Assembly: GCA_965220995.1 (NCBI GenBank)
Contig: OZ244856.1
Span: forward strand, 514,928 to 578,927
Origin: Acidimicrobiia bacterium
GTDB taxonomy: Bacteria > Actinomycetota > Acidimicrobiia > Spongiisociales > ZC4RG35
Direction: 5' to 3'
DNA length: 64,000 nucleotides
Part shown: piece by piece, positions 8,111 through 18,500 of the stretch
Position numbering within the stretch: the first letter of the stretch is position 1
Layout: the number at the start of each line of letters is the position of its first letter
Made by a program: the position numbers and the translations under genes
Notes under the pieces: generated by a model
What the model saw: the letters and a program-made list of their open reading frames with translations, nothing else
Told to the model about the DNA's origin: nothing
Database searches by the model: none

Positions 8111-10234
8111 ATGGCGGCTCATAGGTGTAGCCCGGGAGGGGCGCCCCCGCTTTGGGTACACTGGCTCTACCTCCCGAAAAGCCGTGACCGACTGGTAAGA
8201 GACGCGCCTTTGGATCCTGCAAGCAACCTCACAGAGCATCCGCTTACCCTGGCGGAGGAACTCGTTCTGATGCTCCTCAACGAAGAGAACGGGTACTTTT
8301 ATCAGGTCCCCGGTTGGGATTTGAATTGCGCGGTCATCGGCGCCGTCCTGGCGGAACTATCCCTCCGGTCCCGCATCGACACGGATATGGAGTCCCTGTT
8401 TCTGCTCAACCCGGACGACACGGGCAAAGGCGCCCTGGACATGATTCTGAAGGAAATCGCCGGCGCCGACGTTCAGCGGAACGCTCAATACTGGATCGAA
8501 CGGCTGTCTCCCCAGGCCGAAGCCATCATCGACATGACCTTGGATCACCTGGTCGACCTGAGGATCCTGGAACATCACGAAGGCGATTTCTGGACGTTGC
8601 ATCGGAACATGGACCACCGGGAACTGTTCGGCGACACTGCGGAAGATTCCGACGTTCTTTTCGTGAAGACGCGAATCCGTCAGGCCATCTTCCACAACGA
8701 GATTCCCGACCCAAGAGATGTCATCATCATCTCACTCATCAACACCTGCGATGTCTTTCGCTTCATATTCCAGCTTGATGACGAGGCGGAGAAGCGCATT
8801 GAGTTCATCTGCAACATGGATCTGCTGGGTCGGTCCATCGCGGCGGCGGTTTCCCAGAACCTTGCCGGACCTTTGCTTCGACGCTCCGCCCTCACCAAGA
8901 AGATTCCGGTGGTTCCCCTCCGCAAGTTGCTGTTCGATCCGCACATCCGCAATGGCCACGTTCCGGCTATGTTTGCGAATCTCGCCCAGGAATACGGCCC
9001 GGTCTTTGAACTGCGCCCCCCGTTTGCCGACCCGATGCTCTTTCTGGCCGGTCCCGAGACAAATCGGTGGGTGAACCGAAACGGTCGAATGCACCTGAGA
9101 GCCAGGGACTATTTCGCCGACTTCGAAGAGGTCTATGGCGCTAACGGGGTGCTGCCCGCCCTGGACGGGACGGATCACTTCCGACTTCGCAAGGCCTTGG
9201 CCCCGGCCTATTCACGGAGGAGACTGGCCGGTCGCCTGGATGACCTGTTCCGTCAGGCGCGCCAACACATGGCGGGCTGGACGGTTGGAAACTCCTACTC
9301 CGCCACCCGAATGTGTCGGCTGATGGTCAACGCCCAAATCTCGCCGCTCTTTGTCAGCGTGGAGTCTCAGGACCTCATTGACGATTTGATGGTCTACAAG
9401 GAACGGGCGCTCAACACCCACATAGTGAGAGTCCTCCCCAAATACATGCTGAGTACCCCCGGCATGAGGCGCCGGGAAAAGGCCATCGGAACGCTGTTGG
9501 AGCGAGTCCAGAATGTCCATACCTCTGCTCAGCGGGCCGACGCCCCACGGGATCTGGCCGATGACATTCTGAGCCTCCACGCCAGCGATCCACAGTTCTT
9601 TCCCGAGTCCAATCTGCGATTCGCCCTGTCGGCGGCCCTGATAGCCAGCGTGTACCTGGGGGACGCCTTTAGTTTCGCCCTGTACGCCATGGTTTCGCAG
9701 CCGGAACTGGAAACCAGGATCCAGAGGGAGGCCGATGACCTGTTCGGCGGCGGGGATCCCTCCGAGGAGGGCTTCCGCCCCTCGAACCTGGATGTCACTC
9801 ACCGTTTCCTGATGGAATGTCTGCGCATCTATCCCATCGTTCCGATGTCCATTCGGAATGTCATGAACTCATGCATAGTGGAAGGCTACGAGTTGCCGGT
9901 GGGTGCTCGGCTCCACATTGCCCAAACCGCCACCCATTTCATGGAGGACATCTTTCCCCACCCCTTCAGATTCGACATCGACCGCTATCTGCCTCCCCGC
10001 CTTGAGCACCAGGGTCCGGGGTACGCACCGTATGGGCTGGGCACCCACAAGTGTCTGGGCAACCGGTGGATGGAGCTGCAACTGGCGGTGAATGTGCTGA
10101 TGGTGGCCCACTACTTCACGCTGAGGGTTACCCCCGACGACTACCAACTTCGGTTCAGTCCTCTGCCTTCCATGAAACCCAGCAAGAAGCTGCAGTTCAA
10201 GATCGTGGAGCAAAGGCACAAGTTCCCCGCCTGA
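8111..10234 (+). CDS. GPP34/GOLPH3-like N-terminal domain fused to a cytochrome P450
   Basis: N-terminus LTLAEELVLMLLNEENGYFY matches the GPP34-family signature. The C-terminal ~440 aa carry P450 motifs: ExxR (ECLRIYP) and heme-thiolate loop PYGLGTHKCLGNRW. The start is uncertain; the GGAGGAGG RBS at 8081 is 22 nt from the ATG at 8111, and the start may lie further in. Confidence 0.8.
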   Translation: MAAHRCSPGGAPPLWVHWLYLPKSRDRLVRDAPLDPASNLTEHPLTLAEELVLMLLNEENGYFYQVPGWDLNCAVIGAVLAELSLRSRIDTDMESLFLLNPDDTGKGALDMILKEIAGADVQRNAQYWIERLSPQAEAIIDMTLDHLVDLRILEHHEGDFWTLHRNMDHRELFGDTAEDSDVLFVKTRIRQAIFHNEIPDPRDVIIISLINTCDVFRFIFQLDDEAEKRIEFICNMDLLGRSIAAAVSQNLAGPLLRRSALTKKIPVVPLRKLLFDPHIRNGHVPAMFANLAQEYGPVFELRPPFADPMLFLAGPETNRWVNRNGRMHLRARDYFADFEEVYGANGVLPALDGTDHFRLRKALAPAYSRRRLAGRLDDLFRQARQHMAGWTVGNSYSATRMCRLMVNAQISPLFVSVESQDLIDDLMVYKERALNTHIVRVLPKYMLSTPGMRRREKAIGTLLERVQNVHTSAQRADAPRDLADDILSLHASDPQFFPESNLRFALSAALIASVYLGDAFSFALYAMVSQPELETRIQREADDLFGGGDPSEEGFRPSNLDVTHRFLMECLRIYPIVPMSIRNVMNSCIVEGYELPVGARLHIAQTATHFMEDIFPHPFRFDIDRYLPPRLEHQGPGYAPYGLGTHKCLGNRWMELQLAVNVLMVAHYFTLRVTPDDYQLRFSPLPSMKPSKKLQFKIVEQRHKFPA

Positions 10235-10322
10235 CCACCTGCTCCCTTCCTGCCCACTCCTGCTCATCAGGATTGGCAACACCCCCGCCATGCTTCCGGA
10301 GGCGGTAGATTCGCAGCGTCTT

Positions 10323-12794
10323 CTATTCGTAACGTTGGTGGGTGGCTTCGATCAACTCGTCCAATTGGTCGATTTCGTCCTCCCAGCGCAACATCCGAGA
10401 ACGCAGTCGCAGGTTCTGGTAGGCCCCCCAAACCGTCATGGCGGGCGGCACCAGCAGAACGGAAACGATCAACGAATAGGCGATCGTGATGGCGGCGGTG
10501 ATAGCGAACTGCTGGGAGGCGGCCAGAGGAGAGAAAACCAGAATCCCGAGTCCGAACGCGGTGGTCATGGCAGAACCCAACAAGGCCGAACCCGTGGTGG
10601 AAAGCGTCCTGATGGCAGCCTGCTCGGGATCGCGTCCCAGGGAGTACTCCTCTCGGTAACGGTGGATCACATGAATGGTGTAGTCCACCCCGATCCCGAT
10701 CGAAAGGGCGGTGATGATGGAGGTGATAATCGTGTAGGGGATGTCCAACAGGGCCATGGTGCCCAACACCGAAATGAGCACCAGCACGATCGGAAACACG
10801 GCCACAAATCCCAGGGCGGGCTGACGCACCGTTATCCAAAAGAACAGGGCCAAGACGGTGAAAGCCACAGCGATGGTGGTGCTGATCGCCTCGGTTTGCT
10901 GCTCGGTGATGGCGTCGGTGACCGTGAACGAAATGATGCTGGCCGACGTTGCCGTGAGTGCATCGTCGTCACCGGGCCAAAGCGCCTCAAGCTCCTCCTG
11001 GGTCCTCTTCGCCTCAGAAGTGGCACCGGCATAGGCCGGGAATTGGAGCAACATGGCATCGAGGCCGCCCGGGTCGTTGGCCAACAAGCGGTTAAAGCTG
11101 GGATCAAGAGTCTCGATCCGGATCAGCACCTCTTCCATGATCCCGGCGTCCAGTCCCATGCCGGCCGAGGCGTCCCGGAGCATGACCATGATCTCTTCGT
11201 CGTACTTGTCGCCCGGCTGTCCGCTGTCATGGGCCCAGTCAGCCACCGTCAAGTGGTAGGAGGCCAGAATGGGACCCGCCGCGGCGGCCGGGCGGCGGCG
11301 CTCGTCCTCGAAAGCGGTGGTGAGTTCTCCCAGATTCAGAAACGTGCGGGCGTCGGTGGCTTCGGCCTTCACCAGCACACTGTATATCTCGGTGGTGCCG
11401 CCCACCGCCGCATCGAGAGCGTCCATGTCCTCCAACAAGGACCCTCCCCGGGGCAGGATGTCCCGGATGCTGAATTCCGATTCAAGATCCGTGGCGGCGA
11501 ATCCCAGGGCAACCGTCACCGCCACCACTCCCACGATATAGGGAGTAGGCCGGCGGGTAACCCCCCTCCCCAGCATTTCCGCCACCCTCCCGATGGCCGG
11601 CAGCGAGTTGGAGATGGGGCGGGGAGCCGCCAACTTGTTCCGGGCCGCCCTCCTGCGGTCGATGATGGTGCGACCGGCCGGTATCAAAGTCAGCATCACC
11701 ACCAGGCTCATCCCCACCCCGATCCCGGCCACCACGCCGAAGTCGTTGACTATTTCGATGGGTGAGAACAGGTTCACCAACAGGCTCACGATGGTGGTGA
11801 CGCCGGCCAGTGACAGTGGCATGGCAACATGGCGCAGTCCGGTCCGGACTGCGCCGAGCACCTCTTGGCCGGCCAGGCGCTGTTCGCGGTAGTGAGAGAT
11901 GATCTGGATCGAATAGTCCACGGTGAGACCGATCAAAATGATCGGCACCATGGTGGTGAGGGAGTTGGGAGGGCCGATCAGGTCAAGGGCGTTGGGCCCC
12001 AGCCATCCTTCCGCTCCGACGATCCATATGATCGACAGCAAAAGTCCCCCCAGAGTGAGCAGCAGATCGGAGGCGCTGCGCATAAAGAGCAGTATCAGGG
12101 CGGCAATCAGCAGAAACGCTCCTCCCACCAATGGCCCCATTCCTTCCTGGGTGGCTCTCTGGTACTCCTCTTCGATCACCACCGGCGAGACGGTGCTCAC
12201 CCGAAGGGGTCCCTCATCTCCCTCCGCGAGTTGGCGGACCCTGTGCTCGGCCACCACGATTCGCTCGTCGTCGGTGTCTTGCAGATTGATGGTGGCGATG
12301 GCGACCGGCGTCCCGTCCCGGTCGATGCCGGTCAGCGCCTCAATGGCCTCCGAAATCCCCGGGACACTGCGGACCGAATCGATTTCCGCCCGCGTGACCG
12401 ACTCGAGATTCTCCACCCCCAGGACGGCCCTGACCAGCAGCGAAGGCGCCAAGACCGCGTCGGAGGACACCAGCAAATCGGTCACATCGGGGTCTCTGAC
12501 GATCTCGCCGACCAGACGATCCATCTGCGAGAGCCCGGCTGGGGTAAGTACCTCCCCCCGGAAAATCAGCGTGGCAATGTTGGCGGCGGCGCCCGAGTCT
12601 CCGAAGAGTTCATCAATGTCATCCAGAGCCCGGGCGACTGCGCTGTCCCGGGGAAGGGTCTCCTGGGTCTCCGGCGGCGGCGCCCGGTGTACGGCGCCGG
12701 CCCCCAGCGCCACGGTGACAATCAAAAGGATGAGAAGGGTAACCCACGGATAGCCCGTCACCATCGAACGAATCCAAGCGAGCGTCCTGTTCAC
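10323..12794 (-). CDS. MMPL/RND-superfamily membrane transporter (lipid exporter type)
   Basis: 823 aa. Duplicated 6-TM plus periplasmic-domain architecture. Typical MMPL blocks GIGVDYSIQIISHYRE and GIGVDYTIHVIHRYRE. Confidence 0.85.
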   Translation of the reverse strand: MNRTLAWIRSMVTGYPWVTLLILLIVTVALGAGAVHRAPPPETQETLPRDSAVARALDDIDELFGDSGAAANIATLIFRGEVLTPAGLSQMDRLVGEIVRDPDVTDLLVSSDAVLAPSLLVRAVLGVENLESVTRAEIDSVRSVPGISEAIEALTGIDRDGTPVAIATINLQDTDDERIVVAEHRVRQLAEGDEGPLRVSTVSPVVIEEEYQRATQEGMGPLVGGAFLLIAALILLFMRSASDLLLTLGGLLLSIIWIVGAEGWLGPNALDLIGPPNSLTTMVPIILIGLTVDYSIQIISHYREQRLAGQEVLGAVRTGLRHVAMPLSLAGVTTIVSLLVNLFSPIEIVNDFGVVAGIGVGMSLVVMLTLIPAGRTIIDRRRAARNKLAAPRPISNSLPAIGRVAEMLGRGVTRRPTPYIVGVVAVTVALGFAATDLESEFSIRDILPRGGSLLEDMDALDAAVGGTTEIYSVLVKAEATDARTFLNLGELTTAFEDERRRPAAAAGPILASYHLTVADWAHDSGQPGDKYDEEIMVMLRDASAGMGLDAGIMEEVLIRIETLDPSFNRLLANDPGGLDAMLLQFPAYAGATSEAKRTQEELEALWPGDDDALTATSASIISFTVTDAITEQQTEAISTTIAVAFTVLALFFWITVRQPALGFVAVFPIVLVLISVLGTMALLDIPYTIITSIITALSIGIGVDYTIHVIHRYREEYSLGRDPEQAAIRTLSTTGSALLGSAMTTAFGLGILVFSPLAASQQFAITAAITIAYSLIVSVLLVPPAMTVWGAYQNLRLRSRMLRWEDEIDQLDELIEATHQRYE

Positions 12795-12929
12795 GGCCTA
12801 CCCTGTTGCTCCCGAAGTCCGAGAACCACTATCCCGGTCACCTGCCTGTTCAGTACCGCTGCTCACCACCACCACCTCTGATAAGCCTAATCTTCGGGCA
12901 GGCGCCCAGGCCGGTTCCTGTCGGCCTGC

Positions 12930-13592
12930 TTACGTCACCAACCGATTGAGAAACACCACCCCGGCTATGGTCACCACCCCCAGATAGGAAAGGCCGGTGG
13001 CAGCCATCACCCCCGAATAGCCGGTTTCTCCCAGGGAGAACCACGTGCCCGCCACCAGGGCGGCGCTCACCAGCGCCAGGATGCCCAGGGTCCATCCCAG
13101 CGGGCCACCCTGGTAAGGGACTGCTCCGTTGACCAAGCCCGCTCCCAGGCTCAGCAGCAAACCCACCCCGGCCCAAAGATCCAAACGACGCAACGCCCAG
13201 CGGGGAAGGGTGGGGTCCACCAGAAACCAGTGACCCAAAAGCATGGTGGCGGTGATACCACCCAGCGCCACGGCGCCGGCCACCGCCGTCATCCAACCGC
13301 CGGAAGTCACCGCCGGGATCATCGCCAGCAAGGCGCCGACGCTCACCAACGGGGAGAATTCTCGCCGTCCCGATCTCCACACCGCCGCCAACATCGCCGC
13401 CAGACCGGCCGCCGCCCACCACCCCCGCCAGGCCGGGTAGACCATCAGCAAAGCGGCGGTGGCGGCGCCCAGCATCTGGTATCCCCGCTTGGCCACTCTC
13501 CAGCGGACCGCCAAGGGCAAGGTCAAAGCGAGCCCCCCTGCCCAGGCCGCCATAAAGGCCGCCGGGCCAAAGGTTGCACCGGTGGGTATCAC
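12930..13592 (-). CDS. Hypothetical polytopic membrane protein
   Basis: 220-aa Ala/Gly/Leu-rich ORF with ~6 TM helices, co-directional with the MMPL gene. No family recognised. Confidence 0.5.
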   Translation of the reverse strand: MIPTGATFGPAAFMAAWAGGLALTLPLAVRWRVAKRGYQMLGAATAALLMVYPAWRGWWAAAGLAAMLAAVWRSGRREFSPLVSVGALLAMIPAVTSGGWMTAVAGAVALGGITATMLLGHWFLVDPTLPRWALRRLDLWAGVGLLLSLGAGLVNGAVPYQGGPLGWTLGILALVSAALVAGTWFSLGETGYSGVMAATGLSYLGVVTIAGVVFLNRLVT

Positions 13593-13601
13593 CCTCGGCG
13601 A

Positions 13602-15524
13602 TTACAGGTGGGCCAGGACCCGTTCGGCGACCGACCGGGGAGTGAAACCGAACTTGTCGGCCAATACCGTGTGCGGCGCCGAGGCCCCGAACCGGTCGAT
13701 CCCGATGGCCAGGCCGTCGGACCCCACCAGCCGTTCCCAGCCGAACGTGGATCCGGCCTCCACCGAGACCCTGGGCAGGCCGTCTCCCAAGACCTGCCGT
13801 CGGTAATCGGGGCCCTGTTCCTCAAACGCCTCCCAACACGGGAGGCTGACCACCCGAGCCGAAATGCCCTGCTCTTCCAACAGGTCGGAAGCGCCCAAAG
13901 CCACCGACACCTCCGACCCGGTGGCCACCATCACCACATCCTCGCCGGGGCGCAGGACATATCCGCCCTTGCAAACTTGGCCGTCGGTCTGCGATGGATC
14001 CAACACCGGGATGCCCTGTCGGCTGAGAACCAGCAGGGTGGGACCGGCGGTCCGGTTGAGGGCCAACTCCCAGGCCTGCACCGCTTCGGTGATATCGGCC
14101 GGGCGAACCACCCACAAACCGGGCATGGCCCGCAGGCTTGCCAAGTGTTCCACCGGTTGATGAGTGGGGCCGTCCTCACCGAGCAGGACGGAGTCGTGGG
14201 TCATCACCCAGATACAGGGCAGTTCCATCAGGGCGGAAAGCCGAATGGAAGGGCGCATGTAGTCGGTGAAAACAAAGAAAGTGGACCCGTAGGGTCGAAC
14301 GCCGCCGTGCAGCGCCATGCCGTTGACGATGCCGCCCATGCCGTGTTCTCTCACCCCGAACTGAATGTTGCGACCCAGTCGGTTGGCGCGGGAAAACCCC
14401 GAGTCTCCGGGCAGCGCGGTCTTGGTGGACTCAACCAGGTCGGCCCCACCGCCGATCAGGCCCGGGACTTTCTCGCCGATTTGCCCGAACAACCGGGCGG
14501 ACACCACCCGGGTGGCCACCGCCGTCCCCGACTGCAAATCCGGCGCCTCCAGCCCGACCGGAGTGTGGGTGTGGAGGGTGTGCCATTCTCCGCTTCGCTC
14601 CCGGCTTTCCCACTCACGGCGGGCGGATCTCCCCCGTTCCATGCCCTCGGACATGAAGCGGTAAACCTCGGGTGGCACCCAGAAATCCTCGTCCGGCGGA
14701 AGGCCGATGTTCTCTTTGGCCAACCTCACCTCTTCGACCCCCAGCGGCGCCCCATGGGCCCCGGGAGTGTCCGCCTTGTTGGGGGAGCCATGGCCGATGT
14801 GGGTGCGGCAGATAACCAGAGAAGGGCGCTCGGGGTTGTCCAGAGCCTGCCGGGTGGCCTCCGCGATCGCCTCCCGGTCATGGCCGTCCACCGCCTCGGT
14901 GTGCCAACCCAGCGCCCGGAAACGCGCTCCCACGTCTTCGGAGAACGTGATGTCGGTGCCGCCGTCGATGGAGATGCGATTGTCGTCGTAGAAATAGATC
15001 AGCCGTCCCAGGCCGAGATGCCCGGCCAAAGAGGCCGCCTCGGCCGCCACCCCTTCCATCAGATCACCGTCGGAAACGAAACCATAAGTGTGGTGATCCA
15101 CCTGGTCGGCCCCCAGGCGGGCGCGCAGATGTTCCTCGGCCAGCGCCATTCCCACCCCGTTGGCAAACCCCTGCCCCAACGGGCCGGTGGTGGTTTCGAT
15201 ACCCAACTCCGGATCCCGCTCGGGATGCCCGGCGGTGGGATAGCCCCATTGGCGGAAGTTCTTCAAGTCGTCCATGGAGAGCGGAAAACCCGACAGGTGC
15301 AACATGGCGTAGAGCAGCATCGAGCCGTGTCCGTTGGACAGTACGAAGCGGTCCCGGTCCGGCCAGGTGGGAGCGTCGGGATCCACCTTGATAAAGCGAG
15401 TCCAGAGCGTCACCGCGATGTCGGCCATTCCCATCGGCATTCCCGGATGCCCGGAGTTGGCCCGCTGCACCGCGTCCATGGCCAGGCCCTTGACCACCGC
15501 TACGGCAAGCTGTTCATCTCTCAT
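13602..15524 (-). CDS. tkt: Transketolase
   Basis: 640 aa. ThDP motifs GHPGMPMGMADIA and SNGHGSMLLYAMLHLSG. Pyrimidine-binding and C-terminal domains present. Confidence 0.9.
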   Translation of the reverse strand: MRDEQLAVAVVKGLAMDAVQRANSGHPGMPMGMADIAVTLWTRFIKVDPDAPTWPDRDRFVLSNGHGSMLLYAMLHLSGFPLSMDDLKNFRQWGYPTAGHPERDPELGIETTTGPLGQGFANGVGMALAEEHLRARLGADQVDHHTYGFVSDGDLMEGVAAEAASLAGHLGLGRLIYFYDDNRISIDGGTDITFSEDVGARFRALGWHTEAVDGHDREAIAEATRQALDNPERPSLVICRTHIGHGSPNKADTPGAHGAPLGVEEVRLAKENIGLPPDEDFWVPPEVYRFMSEGMERGRSARREWESRERSGEWHTLHTHTPVGLEAPDLQSGTAVATRVVSARLFGQIGEKVPGLIGGGADLVESTKTALPGDSGFSRANRLGRNIQFGVREHGMGGIVNGMALHGGVRPYGSTFFVFTDYMRPSIRLSALMELPCIWVMTHDSVLLGEDGPTHQPVEHLASLRAMPGLWVVRPADITEAVQAWELALNRTAGPTLLVLSRQGIPVLDPSQTDGQVCKGGYVLRPGEDVVMVATGSEVSVALGASDLLEEQGISARVVSLPCWEAFEEQGPDYRRQVLGDGLPRVSVEAGSTFGWERLVGSDGLAIGIDRFGASAPHTVLADKFGFTPRSVAERVLAHL

Positions 15525-18500
15525 CAGGAAACATACGGTACCAATTCGCCTCGGTGACCCGTCCGTCCACCGGGGTCACCCCGTTGCGACGCTTCCAATA
15601 CTTGGTATTCCGATCCGTATCGTCGTCGAATTCCCCGGTTACCGCGATATTCGCCCCCGGCACGTTGGCATTCAAAGCTTCCTGCCATCTTCTAACCAGC
15701 GGACCGGAGTCGTCCTTTTGCAACGGAAAGGAAGTGGCGATAACCGACCCGTCATCTCCGCCGGGAGGACTCCCTTCGGGGAACATACGGTCCCATGCCG
15801 CTTGAGTGACTCGGCCGCTGGCGGCGATCCCCTCATGCCGCTGCCAAGACTTGGTATACCTGACCGTGTCATCGCCGAACACTCCGTCAACCTCGATGTT
15901 CGCCCCCTGCACGTTGGCATTCAAAGCGATCTGCCACACCTGCACCCGCGGTCCCTCATCCCCTTCCTCCAACAACACCGATGACCAGCGGGCAACGTTG
16001 GTGGCGCCGGAAGAGCCGCCCGAGAACATCTCCCGCCAATCGTCGGCGTCCACTATCCCACTGACCGCCAGCCCGTTGTCACGCTGCCAGTTGCGGGTGG
16101 CCCGCTCGGTCTGAGGGCCGAAACTTCCATCGGCCGTCACCCCCACAGCCCGTTGCCAGGTCACGACATCGGCCCCCCGCGACCCCCTCCTCAAGGGTTG
16201 GCCGGGATAGGCGGGCGTCGGTGCGGCAACGTTTTCCTCCCGGCTGCCGACATCGGTGGAACTCGGTTGGCGCGTCCCGGCGCCGGCAAACATCCGGCCC
16301 CACGATTCCGCGTCGACCGTCCCGTCAGCCGTCAGACCCTGTTGGTACTGCCACGCCTTGGTGGCCACCAAAGTGGCGGGCCCAAAGTCGCCGTCCGGCG
16401 CGATCCCCAGCGCGCGCTGCCACACGATCACGTCCATACCTTGAGAACCCACCCGGAGCGGGGTTCCCGGATAGGAGGGGACGTTTCCATCCGATCCGTT
16501 CCCGTCTCCGCCCGAATCCGAACTCCCATTCTTGTCAGGCGGAGTAGCGGGCTGCTCCACACCTGCACCGGGAAACATGGTCTGCCAACTCTCCAAACCC
16601 ACTACCCCGTCGGGGTTCAGCCCATTTCGTTCCTGCCATTGCCGGGTGGCCCGGGCGGTGGCGGCCCCGAAGTATCCGTCCGCCCTCACCCCCAGCGCGG
16701 CCTGCCAGGTTCTCACCCACTTGCCCTGGCTTCCCACCCTCAGCAAAAAGCCCGGGTAGCTGGGAACGCCCGAATCGGTGGTCGGGCTCTGGGGTTGGGT
16801 TCCCGCCTCCGGTTCCGGGTCGGGCGCCGGTTCCGGGTCGGGATCGGATTCGGGTTCCGGCGGGCTCGCGAACATCTTGTTCCAGGACTGCTCCCCCACG
16901 ATCCCGTCGGGGTTCAAGCCGTTCTCCTCCTGCCACAGGCGGGTGGCGGCGGCGGTGGCCGGGCCGAAGTCCCCATCGGCGGTCACTCCCAAGGCCTCCT
17001 GCCACAAACGAACCGGTTCCCCCCTGCTTCCCTGCCGCAACGGCGCCCCCGGGTAAGGTTGCTCGGCGATCACCACCCGGGGAGAAGTGGCGGCCGATGG
17101 TGGGCCGTCGCCTACCTGGTTGGTGGCCATCACCGTAAAGCTGTAGTCCACTCCCCTTCGCAGACCCGTGACAACCGCTTCGGTTTGAGATCCCTCCACC
17201 ACCACCGGATCGACATGGGCGGGAGTAACGGTCACCGTGTACCTCCCCGGATCGAACCGGGCGGGAACCGGATCCCAACGCACCGTGGCCGCCGTTCCGC
17301 CGGTCACAGTCACGCCGGTCGGAGCGGGCGGCGGCGACCAACCGGGCGCCAAGTAGTCGATCACGAAATACCTGGATCGCAACCGCAGGGACGATTTGAT
17401 AGTGGAGGCGGAGACCCGTTCGGTGACCCGGGTTCCCCCCCGGATGCCGACGATCTTCACGTGTTCGGCGCTGCCCCACGGGTAGGGAACCGTGCTCACC
17501 GACACCACCTCGGAGAACCGGCCCTCCAGGTTGAAGATCTCAAGCAGGTCTGCCAGAGAAACGGTCTTCGACCAATAGGCGCCCGGATTGACCGCCGGAT
17601 CAATCGACCAGGGGTCCCGCACCGACACCAGGTAGGGTCGTCCCGCCGTGCCCCACAACGTCGAAGAGTCTTCCGTGGCGCCTCCGCTGGAGGCGGAATA
17701 GAAGGCCTGCACCACCGTTTCCGATTCCTGGGGATGGGTGATCACCATGCCGGCCGTGGGTCGGGCGCCCACCGTCGCCCACCGACCATCCGCCTGGATT
17801 TCTCGATTCCATCCGGCATACACCTGATCACGCGAATCACTCAGAACATGACACCAGCACGACGAACGACGGGCACTGCTCAGAGACGGTCCCGAACCGC
17901 GGCGCAGCATGCCGTAGATCGCATAGGAACGGGCGGCGATGGCCTGGGCCCGGAGGGCCGCATCGGGCCATCCGGCGGGAACCTCGGCGATTCCCGCCAC
18001 GTAGTCCTCGATATCCAATTGCATAGAAAAATGGATGCGGTTCCCACTGGGACGCAACCGGACATTTCCGTGGGCGAACTCGGTCATGTTGGACCCATAT
18101 CTGAGGCCCTCCAAGCCCACCCGGTTGGCGGGCGTCAGACCCTGGATGCTCAGGTGGCACTCGGTGGCGGTTCCCACCAGGTTGGTTGAACAGGACCCTC
18201 CTCCGGCGGCGGTCACCGCAAGCCGCTCCCCGGCGTCCAGGTAGTAGGCCCCGGCACATTCGGGCAAGCCGCTGTCAGAAAGCAACGCCTCCCAGGTGCT
18301 GCTTCCCACCGCCCCATCCGCCTGCAGGCCCTGGTCGGCCTGAAAAGACCTCACCGCGTCCCGCACGGTCCCGTCGAATCCACCGGGAACCGATTGCAGA
18401 TATCCCAGTTCCACCAATCTGGTCAGCACGACATCGGTGAAGGTGTTGTCCCGTTCCAGGGTTTTTCCCTCCACCAGCACGGGATAGGAGTCGTAGTCCC

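Noticed and set aside
13230-15557. 775-aa plus-strand ORF
   Set aside because: Antisense to the clearly recognisable transketolase gene. Arg/Gly/Pro-rich translation is typical of spurious ORFs in high-GC DNA.
16153-18189. 678-aa plus-strand ORF and other long antisense ORFs (10290-11765, 19252-20682, 21763-23568, 25431-26609, 27108-28424, 30476-32131, 32116-33543, 34523-36343, 40817-42217, 44582-45532, 47622-48875)
   Set aside because: All are antisense or out-of-frame shadows of well-supported genes, with low-complexity R/G/P-rich products and no RBS.
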